Positions 48,948 to 61,551 of a DNA stretch of 64,000 nt are shown piece after piece. The notes under the pieces were generated by a model that saw nothing but the letters and a program-made list of their open reading frames with translations, searched no databases and had not been told where the DNA came from. Made by a program: the position numbers and the translations under genes. Every line of letters starts with the position of its first letter. The first letter of the stretch is position 1. Location: the NCBI GenBank assembly GCA_010909165.1, contig MU008234.1, positions 18,528 through 82,527 on the forward strand, written 5' to 3'. Source of the DNA: Anthoceros angustus. Its lineage: Eukaryota; Plantae; Anthocerotophyta.

Positions 48948-51900
48948 TGTAAGGGTATTAAAGCCCAATGTACTTAGACTAATACACTTAGTCTAAGTTA
49001 GGTGTCAGTTAAGTATCATTAGTTTAGCTGAAGCTAATCACTAGGAAGCTTCTTGTGCTCCTTCCTAGGGGCTTCTTGTGGAGCTTCCTAGGAGCCCTGA
49101 GGGTATAAATACCTCCAAGCCTCATCTCAATGTGAGAGAGTTACACTTGCCTCCTCCTCCTCCTCTCCTCTCCTCTTTCCACCATCATGCCGCCACACGA
49201 TCCTTCAACCGTATCGAGCTTTGGTTGTGTTGTGATGCTAGAATTTTCTAGGTCGGCGCCGTGGAATTGGGTGATCCATATCGCGGCGAGGCGCGGCCGC
49301 GGCGCGGCGGCCGCGGCGCGGCGCGGCCGCGGCGCGGCGGCCGCGGCGCGGCGCGGCCGCGGCGCGGCGCGGCGCGGCGCGGCGCGGCGCGGCGCGGCGC
49401 GGCGCGGCGCGGCGCGGCGCGGCCGCGGCGCGGCGCGGCGCGGCGCGGCGCGGCGCGGCCGCGGCGCGGCGCGGCGGCCGCGGCGCGGCGCGGCGCGGCG
49501 CGGCCGCGGCGCGGCGCGGCCGCGGCGCGGCGCGGCGGCCGCGGCGCGGCGCGGCCGCGGCGCGGCGCGGCGCGGCGCGGCGAGGCGCGGCGCGGCGCGG
49601 CGCGGCGAGGCGCGGCCGCGGCGCGGCGCGGCGCGGCGCGGCGCGGCGGCCGCGGCCCAAGAACCCGCACAAAATAATCGGTGCGAACGCCGGGCGGAGC
49701 GAAAATTCCAAAATATTCATAAATACTCGTGTGAACCGAATCACGCGTGACTTTTTCTTTTTTTGACTTTTCCGACAAGGCGAGTCGAGTGTTTTATCGA
49801 TCGATTTTTGAGTCATGATGTCTTCATCATCGAAAACGTCATGTTCAATATCGGTAGTTAGATGGTACTAACTTCCCGCTCGAAAGAACAAGTGTATAAT
49901 GTTCTAGTGCGAAAAGCGGATCAAGCCCATAAAGTTGTTAGGCGTCAAACCGGATAGTATGACACGTGATGAGTGGCGGGACTGGATGAGCTTGCTAGAT
50001 CTACTATCATGCTAACATTGTCAAAAACAAGGTACTTCAATGTGAAAGATAAGACCAGTTAAGGATCGTGGGCGTGTGTAGGACTGTATGAGAAGCAAAG
50101 TGCGGCTTCTCGGTGTATTGGAAACAAATTGGGTGGACTTGAAGATGAAGGAAGGGACGAGGATGTCCGATCATCCGAATGATTTCAATACCATTTTCAG
50201 CCAGCTCTCATCTCAAGGTATCACATTCCCAAATTCCGTGAGAGCTATGTTTATGTTGGTCACATTACAGAGAGTTGGGACACCTTCGATGCACTCGCCT
50301 CGCTAGTGGCCTTACCATTGTAAATGTAGAAGGTAGCCTGTTAACTGAGGAGGTGAACAGGAAAAATATGGAACCTTCCAAAGGTTCCAGTGCCCTCATA
50401 GTGAGAGGGAGGTCCACTGCGAAGGGGAAGCAACCGGAAGCTTTCTCGTAGCAAATCTCGTAGTCGTAACAAGAATGTGGAGTGTCACTATTGTCACAAA
50501 GGGGTCACTTCAAAGAGAGTGCGAGAAGTTCAAAAGGACCAAGGAAAAGAGAAGAAGCGGGGCGACAAGAAGGCGACTGTCAGTTGGAAGAGTTAAACTC
50601 GTTGAGGACGGAGATGTCCTTATCTCTTCTTACTTGAATGCCGCACCAATACCGTGGATAGTCATTTATTCTCGCAATTGGATAATTGACTCGGTGCATC
50701 TTTCCATGTTACTCCTCATAGAGAGTGGTTTATATGATGCTACAAGGAAAGGATGTTAGGCTTGGAAATAACTACGCATGATCGTGAGGTGATGCAACTC
50801 AAGTTTGACAACGGATCTTCATTCATGTCAAGGACGGCATGTTCGAAGTTGACAAAGAGCATGATTAGCGCAGATGTTGGATGATCTTTGGTTACCACGG
50901 GTTTTGGGGATCACTCTTGGAAGATCTCCAAAGGTTCTCTTGTGTTAGCTCGTGGATCAAGTGTGGCACTTTGTACTCACTTGTAAACATCCAAAAGATC
51001 ATGTGATCTGTGAGAAGCCAAATGTTTCCTTGTGGCATTGCTTTAGGACATATGTCTTAAGGGAATGAAGGTTTTATCTCGCTCGTTATATCCTGTTAAC
51101 TTCTCGATCTCTCGATGTGTGAGCCTTTGTTTATATGGGAAATGCATAAAATCATCACATCGAACAAGAGGTAAAAGTAGGAGTAAACCTCTTGAGTTGG
51201 TTCACGTGATGTATGTGGACCTATGCCTCTGCATCATTAGGCGGTGCCTCCTATTTTGTCACTTTCATAGATGATTTCTCACGCAAGGTGTGGGTTTATC
51301 CTTTGAGGAAAAAGGATGAAGTTACGGTGTTTCGTAAATTTGTCACCCTTGTAGAGAATCGCCACCGATTGAAGTGTCTAAGGAGATAATGGTGAGTATC
51401 GAAAGCTTTTCTCATTCCGTGATTCCAAGGGAATCAAAGAGAATTGATCAGCCGTATACTCCTCCACAAAATGGTGTGGGTGCGGATGAGCAGAACCATT
51501 CGTGAGAGGATGCGTAGTTTGTTGTCAAACTCGGATTGCCTAATGGGTTTTGGGCGAAGTGTTCATCAATTCATCTTATTAATGATCTCCTAATAAGGTG
51601 ATGAGGTGTTCCAGAGGAGCTATGGTCCGGAAAGAAACCATCCTACAAGCATCTGCGAGTGTTTGTGAGGCATACCGCCATGTTCCAAAAGAGTTTCGGG
51701 ACAAGTTGGCACCTAAGTCCAAGAAATGTATTTTTCTTGGCTATGGTGATTCGGTGAGATGGGATACCGTTTGTGGGATCCGAGCTAGAAAGGTTGTTCG
51801 TACTAACGACGTGTTCTTCAATGAGAACAAGATGCACAGGAAGCCTACTCCAACCGTGGGAGGTGCGAAGGGTGATCTTCCAAGAAGATGGACATGATCA

Positions 51901-53821
51901 TCATGGTTGATAACCGTGGTAATGTGTGTGAGCACATTCCTCCACCGATAGATGAACCAAGAGTCGAACAAGCACCTATAGAGGTGCTCGGCTCGAGGTC
52001 GTGCAGATTACACGACCTCCGGTGTATGATCCATCTGGATTATGTCATCGACAGACAGGGGGGAACCCTCTTCTTACAAAGAGGCCATGTCAATGAGTAA
52101 CAAGAGAAGTGGGAGAAGGCCATGCGTAAATGAATTGCATAAGAACCAAACTTGGGAGTTGGTTGGCTAGGATAAGAAGGCACTACCGTGCAAATGGGTG
52201 TACAAGATGAAGGTCATACCGCTTGATGGCAAACCAAAGTACAAGGCACGATTGGTTGCTAAGGGTTTCAAGCAACAACAGGCATTGACTTTGATGAGAT
52301 TTTCTCACCGAGTCAAAATGACAACTTTGCGATGTTCTTGCTTTGGTTGCGAATGATATGGAACTTGTACAGATGGATGTCAAGACGGCATTCTTGCATG
52401 GTGACCTTCAAGAGGAAGTCTACATGCAGCAACCAGAAGGTTTTGTTGAGAAGGGCAAAGAGAATCTGGTGTGTAGGTTATGGAAGAGCCTTTATGGTTT
52501 GAAACAGGCACCCAGAGAGTGGTATCACAAGTTCCACTCATTTATGCTTTCTCAAGGCTACAAACGTAGCGATGAGGATCATTGCCTCTATAAAGCTAAG
52601 GATCAAAGCTTGCTCATTTTGATCCTCTATGTGGATGATATGCTAATTGTCGAACAAGATCGATGAGATTTCGTTGAAGTCAAAGTTGAATGCTCACTTT
52701 GAAATGACAGACTTGGGAGAGGCGAGCCATATACTTGGCATGCGAAATGCATATAAGCCTTTTTATTTGTCTCAGAATACATTAGGTGCTTCAACGTTTC
52801 AACATGGAGAAGGGAAGCCATTGGGTACTCCATTGCCTCCATATGTGAAACTTTCAAGCGGATTGCCCAAGCTACGAGGAGGACAAAGCTGAAATGGAGA
52901 AGGTCCCATACTCATCATGTAGGGAGTTTGATGTATGCAATGATTGCTACACGCCCGACATTGCCTTTGCGGAGTGGTTAGCGAGTTTATGTCAAACCAC
53001 GGCAAGAAGCATTGGGAGGCGAAAGGAGTTATGAGGTATCCGAATGGTACAAAAGCTTTGTGCATATGTTTTGGTAGTGAAGATGCATGTGTGGTTGGGT
53101 ACATGCGATTATCGAGGATATGGACAAAAGGAGGTCCACATCAGTTATGTCTTCATGTGCCTTTGGAGGGCGATCTCATGGCGATCTCGTTTGCGATCGT
53201 GCATTACGCTATCTACCACAGAGGCCGAGTATGTTGCAAAGAATCGAGGCTTGCAAGGAAGCCATATGGCTTGCTCGTTTAGTGGGAGACTTGGGGATCA
53301 AGGTTGAGTCGCGGTGTTGCATTGTGATAGCAGTGCTATCCAATTGGCAAAGAATCCGATGTTTCATGCGAAGACTAAACATGTGGATGTGAAGTATCAC
53401 TTCATTCGAGAGGTGTTGGACGACAAGAGGGTACAACTTGTCAAGGTTCACACCACCGAACCTGCAGATATTCTTACCAAGGGACTCTCTGAGCAATTTG
53501 CACAAGCTCGGACAGCGATGGGCATGAGGTAGTCCATTCTTCTGAAGGTAAATTGGCCTTTAAGTGGGAGGTTGTAAGGGTATTAAAGCCCAATGTACTT
53601 AGACTAATACACTTAGTCTAAGTTAGGTGTCGATTAAGTATCATTAGTTTAGCAAGCTAATCACTAGGAAGCTTCTTGTGCTCCTTCCTAGGGGCTTCTT
53701 GTGGAGCTTCCTAGGGAGCCCTGGAGGGTATAAATACCCCAAGCCTCATCTCAATGTGAGAGCTACTTGCCTCCTCCTCTCCTCTCCTCTTTCACCATCA
53801 TGGTCGCCACATGATCCATCA
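48948..53821 (+). mobile_element. Ty1/Copia LTR retrotransposon C
   Basis: LTRs 48948-49207 and 53573-53821, TSD CCCCT, degraded PBS GTATCGAGC, PPT AAGTGGGAGG. Motifs QMDVKTAFLHGDL...LYGLKQAPR...LYVDDML and FHAKTKHVDVKYHFIRE. Confidence 0.95.
49282..49655. repeat. (CGCGG)n GC pentanucleotide tract of about 375 bp in the Copia C leader
   Basis: Direct reading; almost 100% GC with occasional CGG/CGAGG variants. Confidence 0.9.
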
Positions 53822-53982
53822 CCCCTCACCCTTTGTGTGATGGAGCCACTGCTCCGGACGTCGATTCCATCCATTATCCACCCTTATTTTCAGGCTTTTT
53901 TGGAGCGATGTTGCCCAAAGGAACTGCATGGGACCCTTCCCAAACCCCCTTCCGACCATATTTGGATGAAAACCCCCTTAGG

Positions 53983-54014
53983 GTATATTAACCCCCTTCA
54001 AGGATTATCATGTT
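53983..54014 (-). repeat. Right terminal inverted repeat of the Sola-like element
   Basis: GTATATTAACCCCCTTCAAGGATTATCATGTT; preceded by AACCCCCTT copies at about 53943 and 53971. Confidence 0.92.
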
Positions 54015-54018
54015 CTTA

Positions 54019-56398
54019 GCCTTTGCTGCCCATCATCACCTGCACATACACCAGGTAGACGTCAAGACTGCGATTTTGTATGGGACTCTACACAAAGACA
54101 TTTACATGCTTCAGCCACCAGGGTTTGTGAAGGACAGCAGCAAGGTACGTAAGCTACTTAAATCCATTTACGGATTGAAACAGTCTGCACAAGTATGGAA
54201 TGAGATTGTGGACATCTAGATACCTGAAGAAATGTGGCTTCATCCCTCTCATCTCCGATACCACCGTTTACATCTTGAAGACAAAGGATGACGGTTGCAA
54301 TAGTCACCTTATGCGTGAGCGACAATTTTATTGGCAAGAACCTTTAAGTTATACAGATGTCAAGGACACCGCTATCAATGGACTGACGTCGTGACATGGG
54401 ACCTCTGCGCTATGGACTAGGAGCAGGTTTGAATTTAAGAAGGAAGAGCACACCTTTTATCCATCAAGAGCATTACGTAAGCGATCGGAAAGATTCAACC
54501 TCAAGGACGCTAAGCCGTTGTCTACACCAATTGCCTCCCGGGAGAGAAAGTGATCACTGATCGCGGAAGAAATGAGATGAGAAGCATCCCCACAACAGGC
54601 GGAAGCACACTCTATTTATCAACTGACGAGACCGGATGTTGCACAAGCCGTGAATATAGCATCGAGATACCTCTCCAATCTCGGCAAAGTGCACTGGACT
54701 GCGTCAAGAGAATACCGTATTTAAAAGGGCGAAATCATACGGACTTCTCTACATAGGTGATCACTCATCCAAACTCACTCTAATCTCCTTCTCAAATGCA
54801 GGGGCGACCCCGACTCGAGGAGGTCAACCGCCTCATCGCATTATCAACAGTATCCCTCGTGGCTCGCAAGAAGATGCAGACTATCTGCACCTCATCTACC
54901 GAGGCCGAGTACGCAGCAACAACTCTATCAGCCAAGGAGATATTGTGGATTCGACAGTTCCTGCACGACATCGACGAGAAACAAGATCAGGCAACCTAGC
55001 TGCACTGCGACAACCAATCCGCGATAGCTATGACTCATAACCCAGTGTTGCACGCAAGGACTAAGCATGTGGAGATCCAACATCACTTTATTCGACAAGT
55101 GGTGGCCAACAAGCAAGTCTCACTTTGTTACATCAACACAAGCGACAATACTGCTGACCTGTTGACCAAGGGACTTCCCAAGGCACTGCACGACAAGCAC
55201 ACTGAAGGTATTGGGCTGGTGGATAGAGAAACTTATCTCGGGCTTCCCAGCACAGCTCTCGGCAGCCATCAGGAGAAAGCGGGAGCTCCCTGGCTCGCTT
55301 GACCCAGCACTAAGCCAACAACTTCAGCTCCTCATTGCTACTGCTTTGACCCGGACTCTTCCCAACCCTGGCCTTCACCATTCTGCGTTTGGGTACTCCT
55401 CCTGGCTCGAGACTTTCAATCTTTGAGCTCACTGTGTGGATTATGTGACTCGCAAACTGGAGAAGCCACCAGAGGCTGGCAAGTACACTGAAGACCAGGT
55501 TCAAGCATGCATGGGAGATGGAGGCCATGTATCAGGACATGAATCCGCAGCGAGGGGGAGTGTTGGAGAACATCAGAGTGTACGCCACGGCTCAGGGTTT
55601 AGTGCTGGGTTCTAGGCCACGCCAGCATACATACTTTAGGGTACGTTTTGTGCATACACCCATAAGTTATCAGTTACGAGATAGGCGTGTAGTTATGCGT
55701 CATAACCGTGTGAACGATTGAAGAACCAACTTTGGCGTGTAGTTATGCGTCATAACCGTGTGAACGATTGAAGAACCAACTCTGGCGTGTAGTTATGCGT
55801 CATAACCGTGTGAACGATTGAAGAACCAACTCTGGCGTGTAGTTATGCGTCATAACCGTGTGAACGATTGAAGAACCAACTCTGGCATGTAGTTATGCGT
55901 CATAACCGTGTGAACGATTGAAGAACCAACTCTGTACAGTATAAGAACAAGCTCTCATGTATCAGTAAATACCTCCATTCCATGCATTGCCAGTAATCTG
56001 TGACCGCTTTAAAGAGCCCGTTAAAGCACCCGCAACAGTAGCTTGATGATGAGGTCAAACCCAGTTCACCATTAGTCATCCACATGGTTTAGGCCATGTG
56101 CCAATGTCTTCTCTCCCTCTTTGTCCTCTCCGTCCTTTACTCATGTGTGTCCACTATCTCCTACAGTTTGTCTTCCGCAACATGGCATGACATGCGCCCG
56201 CCTGCCTGCGCACATCGGAATGGTCGTGGCATGACTCCGGAAGCATGGGGCAAATGGAGGTAAAGCAACATCCTACGCAATGTCCCAATAGCTGCCCGTT
56301 ATGGCTCCGCTCGCACACCACGCGTCCACCCTGCAGACTTTCTCGTCGGTGGCCACCCCCCACCAGCAGCGCAGCCGCGCTCACGCTCCGCTCCAACA
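54019..56398 (+). mobile_element. Host Copia, 3' part (RT, RNase H, PPT, 3' LTR 55561-56398)
   Basis: HQVDVKTAILYG...SIYGLKQSA, SSTEAEY and LHARTKHVEIQHHFIR; PPT GAGGGGGAG; LTR TGTTGGAG...CTCCAACA. Confidence 0.92.
55684..55933. repeat. Five tandem copies of a 50-bp unit inside the host Copia LTR
   Basis: GGCGTGTAGTTATGCGTCATAACCGTGTGAACGATTGAAGAACCAACTCT x5, two substitutions in total, no spacers. Confidence 0.97.
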
Positions 56399-57031
56399 TA
56401 ACTTTTAGACATTGCTTCATCTCACTCTTACAGTGAGCATATATGAAACCAGTGCTCCTAATAACGGAAATGGTCTCTCGACGCCAAAAAAAGGAGGATA
56501 TTTCGTCTGTAATAGGAGCGGTATATGCTGTGGAGGTACGTGGCCGTTACAAGGTGCACGGGGCGGTAAAGAAGATTTTCAGCTCGGATGGAGCAAAGAA
56601 TTTAGAAAAAAGTATGTGCTTTCTTGGTATCCAGTGTAGTACCCCGAACGTTCCTAACATACTAATCGTACCCATATTTTCTGAGACAAGAAAGCCCGCT
56701 TGCAACTCCATAGCAGAATTGAGCCCAAGCCAAACCTTTTTGCCAAACCGGTACTCAGAGGCACAAACCAACAAGGTTATGGAAATCCATACAAGAAGAA
56801 CTGAGGATGCTTCAGTCCTAAACCTCAAGGCCTGGGTCTTTGTCACCTATAAAGAGTTTCCTGGACGCCCATCTCTGCTTATGCCTCAACCAAGCTGTCT
56901 TAACCACTTCTTCGTGGAACATGCCAGTTGAAATATCTTCCAAAGGCATCTTAAATGTCAGAGGAGAGAAAAGTCAGACAAGGACTGTGATTAGACTGCA
57001 GAACTTGCAATACCGTTTTGGAGAAACCCCT

Positions 57032-60000
57032 TCAACGTGCTGCCATGTTTACATCATCCATGCTACAAGCCTTTTGTCGACTCCGAAAAAAAGGGTGCTT
57101 CAGAGCTTCATGAGCAGACAATCTTTCAGAGGGATCAAACTTAAGCAAACCTTGAAGGAGGTCAATAAGAGCCCCGCCTGAATGATCGACATGTTGCATT
57201 ATTAGATTCTGCACAGGACAATTGCCTCAGCATGTGAAAAATGGTCAGCAGTAGAAAACTATGGGCCATGCTAAACAAAGACAGCACTAAGGTACCAGGA
57301 AGGAGATGTGCTCCATGACACAAGCTCTTTGAGTAGGATGCAGCCACAGGAGAAATATCACTATAGTAGGTGACTTCTAGCAACAAGATGCAGAGCTTAA
57401 GCAGAAAATTCACATGCTTAGCTAGTGCCTACCATAAGCGGGCAGTCTCCCTCACAGCACGAACGCTTTCTCTTGACAATGAACCCTCAGGCCAATTCAG
57501 CTCACGTCCATACTTGAAGTACTTATCAGCACGACGCCTGCATGAGAATTCGTGCACAAGACATCAGATACATGTGACAAGAGAAAAAAATCTGCTCTGT
57601 TCTCTTACAGAAGGATCAGAAATCAACTCTGGGAAAGTAAGCCAACCATGCTTCAGCCACAAAGAAGGTAGTGTATTGTGCACCTCAGATCAATCACAGC
57701 TAATCAGTGGTCTGAATTATTCAAGATGAAGCTTACTCTGACATTCTGATCATTTGGTGTGGCATTGGAGAACACGCTCCATCATCGCTAAGTGCTCCAA
57801 ATTCTCATGGGTTTGAAAAGTGCATCCCCTGTTATAGCAATGGGGACAAAATATGGCAGCAAAAGGTCAGTCCTAAGTTCACCAGACAACTGCCCATGTT
57901 CTTGCTGGTTAGACCAATGACTTGAGAAGATTACATACCGAGCACAATTCAACGAGTATACAGCCAATACTCCAAAGGTCACAAGGGTAACTCCATCCTA
58001 AACCTGGCAAATGTGTGCACCTGTGTCAATGCAGCACTAACAGGTTTCAAGGACGGTAGCTCATGCCTATACCCTGAGAAACATGAACGCAGCAGCCCTG
58101 AAGAAACGTACTTGAAACCTCACCAAGTATAACTTCAGGTGCGCGATAGTGCCTCGTTGAAACAACAGAACAATGATATTGACTCTCAAAGGTTGCACTA
58201 CCAAAGTCAATAAGTTTAATGTTGCTTGATTTGGGAATTCGCTTATAGTGCTTGCCTGGTTGTGAGGTTCTCTGCCCACAAAGAAGAATGCTTGTAAGTT
58301 TAAGAGCAGAAACTGCATCAAAACCCTGTTCAACCTATGACTCAGGTGGTGAAAATGAACTCACAGGATCACAGCAAGCACTCTTTTCAAGATCACATCG
58401 TGCTCACGTTCAGCTAGTGCAAAGAAAAACACACCATTTGAACAGCAATGTGTTACACACACCTTGTGCTCAGGTACCTTTACATACTCTGAGGACACAA
58501 GGAGTATGTTCTCTGGCTTCAAGTCTGTGTGCACAAGAGTAAGCTCATGCATATCTGAAAGCAAAGAAGGAGCGCAAAATGAGGGACACTGTGAGCTCAC
58601 AGACTCTTCGAAAACAACTATCGGCCAGAAACACCAGACACATAAGACAAACTGAAACAGATCTTGAAGCCATCAGTTTTACAATGATCTAGAGATTCAA
58701 AGGAAGAGGAGTGCAGCACAAGCTACCGACTCTAGAAGCTGTCGGCCGAAGTCCCGGACTATGTCAACAGGAAAAGACCGATAACTGTTTTTCCTCAGAA
58801 AATCGTACAAGCTTGGTCCCAGTCTTTCACAAACCTGCCCATGGATAAACAGAACAGAAACCAACAATCTTGGCAAACAAAGAAGTTTAAAGGTCCCCTA
58901 AGACTCCAGTATGTAAAATCCAAAAGACAAAAACACCCAATTAATCAAGCTGTGGTGTTGTACTTACAATACACACGTGATTACGAAAGTCAAACCAGTC
59001 CTTTAATTGAACACAGTGCCTGCCACAGCAAATCGGGCCATCCATAAACATAACGTTTCCACTGAAGACACATGTCCTTCGAGGCAAGCACAAATCCACT
59101 GAGCTTCAGACAGACCGTGATCCAGTTTTGTCATGCTTGGCAAGAACCCGAAGTACATCTATTTCAATCATAGCAGCGTCACGGTACTTCTGAATATTCC
59201 GGATCACCTTCACAGCCACATACTCCTGAGCTATACGATCCCAGCATTCCAATACTCGACCAAAGGTCCCTGCAATCTGCGACTCAGATGTCTGATGCAC
59301 ACAAGGGGCTCGAAGTGCGCAAACAAAATAGTTGTAGTTCCGTTTATGCACATGCAGAAGTCTAAAGTTATCACAAACAAGAAGTCAACAACGACAATAT
59401 CCCAATCAGTGGTAAGACGAATTATGAGTGACCAATGACAAAAACAACTACAGGTTGGCACTTCAAGCCAAAGCCGAAGATTTACGTGGTCAGTGAAGAT
59501 TTACGTGCTGAATGAAATGGGAAGGAAGTACCATTCAGTCGAAATATTTAGTTCATGGTTCAAGCATGACAAACTCCCTTCCTATTAGGAGTCAAAGGGA
59601 CCCAGAAAAGTAAAACACGAGATTCACATGGTGGCCCCTACACGGACTTTTAGAAAAAAATGGTGACACACCTTCGCCCATTTTACTCATTATCTTGTCT
59701 GCAAATCGATGCAACACGATCTTAGTCAGACTGTAACAAATCTCGACGTGAACTCAGATCAAATAGAAGTCTAGGGAACCTTACAACGAGATGTGATATT
59801 CTCGGCCAGCTCGAAAATGTAGTGCCCATCTTTGTCATCCTCCCTCCAAGGGGGTGACACCACTTTACCCAATCCATGTGAACGAGAAGACAAGATCACA
59901 TGACCGTGACCCATTGGCGGACCCGCAGTCCCAGCAGCGAGACCTTCCGTCACTGCAGGGATACTGCCACCACCGCTCCACGATGGCTGGGACTGCAAAC

Positions 60001-60242
60001 AGTGGCAGATTCAGACACTTCCGGATGGCGGCAATGATTAAGCCGAATACACTGGGGCGCTGCTCACAGTCAAGCTACAGACAAACCTCCAAGACATGTA
60101 AACAATCTGCCCCAGCGTCAGGAACCAGGCGTGCCCGCTTCTCTGGGCGATTCCCGCATGCTTTGGCTCTCGACTGCATTGTCTGCTTCATCTCAGAGAA
60201 TTTCAATATGGGCTGTCCAAGGGGAAGACGGCCGCCAGGCAT
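57032..60242 (-). CDS. AFC: LAMMER-family (AFC/CLK) dual-specificity protein kinase, 12 exons
   Basis: GT-AG exons: 60242 (or 60191/60179)-60087, 59992-59785, 59698-59672, 59269-59116, 59019-58968, 58834-58720, 58554-58463, 58271-58124, 58003-57939, 57828-57737, 57537-57433, 57208-57032. Motifs [54 protein letters not shown] and ALKHPFF. Small indels in exons 10-11. Confidence 0.95.
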
Positions 60243-60406
60243 AAGCGTACCATCCACATGCTTAATGAAACCTATTTTTATCCATTTAGCCGACCGAGTT
60301 CGGAGTTGCTTTCACGAGGGGTATGAAGTTACAAGTACGGTGTGAAAAGGCAGGTTAACCCCATAAGGACGAATCGACTCAGATTGAGTCGTTCGCCCTT
60401 CGTTTA

Positions 60407-60470
60407 TTTCCTTGATTTTTTGGTTTCTGCTCCTTGATTTTTTGGTTTCTGCTCCTTGATTTTTTTTGCT
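60407..60470. repeat. Short 22-bp tandem repeat upstream of the kinase
   Basis: TCCTTGATTTTTTGGTTTCTGC, about 2.7 copies. Confidence 0.8.
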
Positions 60471-61551
60471 CCTTTGAAGTCCGGCGACATTCGAGCAAAG
60501 TATGTTGAAGGCCTGCTAGCCATGGTCCTGTTCACATTAGAAAAAACAATACCATGTGTCCACTGCTACAAGTCATGAATGGAAAGAGCCGTTCACATCC
60601 CACACAACCATACTAGTTCGGCCTTAGGTTTAGCGCGACCATATGGTGAAACGGGGGCGTCCCCACTCCCTTCATTCTGTCTTTTTCCACCTTGGGCCGT
60701 CACCTGCAGGCAATGCCCGCGTCCCTAGGCCAATGAGCGTGACCGAGGTCAAATGGAATATATGGTGGCCAAGTTTTGATGAAATGTGCAGACGGGAGGT
60801 GGCCAGTATGTCAACCAGCAATAGGAGGTCGAATGTAGAGTAGAAGCCAGCTGGCAAGCCTCTTTTATCATATACGGTTGTGTGTAGTGAAACATTTTTT
60901 GTGACCTCTGGTTACCTTGGGAGCCAAGACTTTTCACTTTTAAAAATGTTTTGACCGGCCTAGGAGCATCGGATTTGGCCCATTTTTTTGGCAACGTGAT
61001 GGTTGTGCTTCTGACTTTTCCTCATTATATTTGCTCAACTAGATGAGTGGTGGAAATTATAATCCAGATGAAAATGCTTCTCCTCATGTGTGTCCAAATG
61101 GCTTAGGCCAAATGGACACACATTTATAAGAACGTGATTATTAAGCATCCTGCGCTTGGATCGGTACTTAGATGGGGTGCCTAAAGGGAATGGATGCCCT
61201 TGGTGCAAGTAGCTTAGGCATACCATGGTACAAGTTGTTAAGTACCAAGTCCCATGACGGAAATCCGTCCTTAGTGGACTTAAATAAAATTCTTCTTCTT
61301 CTTCATTGCCAACTCTATCGAAAATAGCTTGGAAATTAGTGGTGGATAGCCAAGGTGGGTTTCATATTTTTCAACCACATGTTTGTGTAGATCCAAGTAG
61401 GCTGCTATTTGTGGAGGCAAGAGCAGGGCGGTCCATTTTTTCTAGAATTAGTTATGCTAAAAATTTGATAAATCATCAAAAAAGGCCAAAATTAGGGCTC
61501 GACGGTCTAGGGTTAAACGTGGCTAGTAAAGAGACAAACGTAGGCAAGGGA

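Larger units (their letters stand above)
5743..54014 (+). mobile_element. Sola-like (DUF7869-type transposase) DNA transposon, about 9.2 kb native plus about 39 kb nested insertions
   Basis: 32-bp TIRs (5743-5774 and 53983-54014, 30/32 identical) and a 4-bp TSD CTTA (5739-5742 and 54015-54018). Removing the element restores the host Copia RT frame CGA ATC CTC TTA GCC TTT GCT GCC CAT (RILLAFAAH). Confidence 0.88.

Noticed and set aside
49187-49816. Arg/Ala/Gly/Pro-rich ORFs on both strands
   Set aside because: Translations of the stop-free (CGCGG)n tract.
55684-55933. CRISPR-like array (palindromic repeats)
   Set aside because: Units are contiguous and essentially identical with no unique spacers; no cas genes; it lies within a plant LTR.
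57430-57830. LAMMER kinase as a pseudogene
   Set aside because: The few indels are mostly in homopolymers (GGG, TTTT), while all kinase motifs and splice sites are conserved; consensus error is more likely, though unproven.
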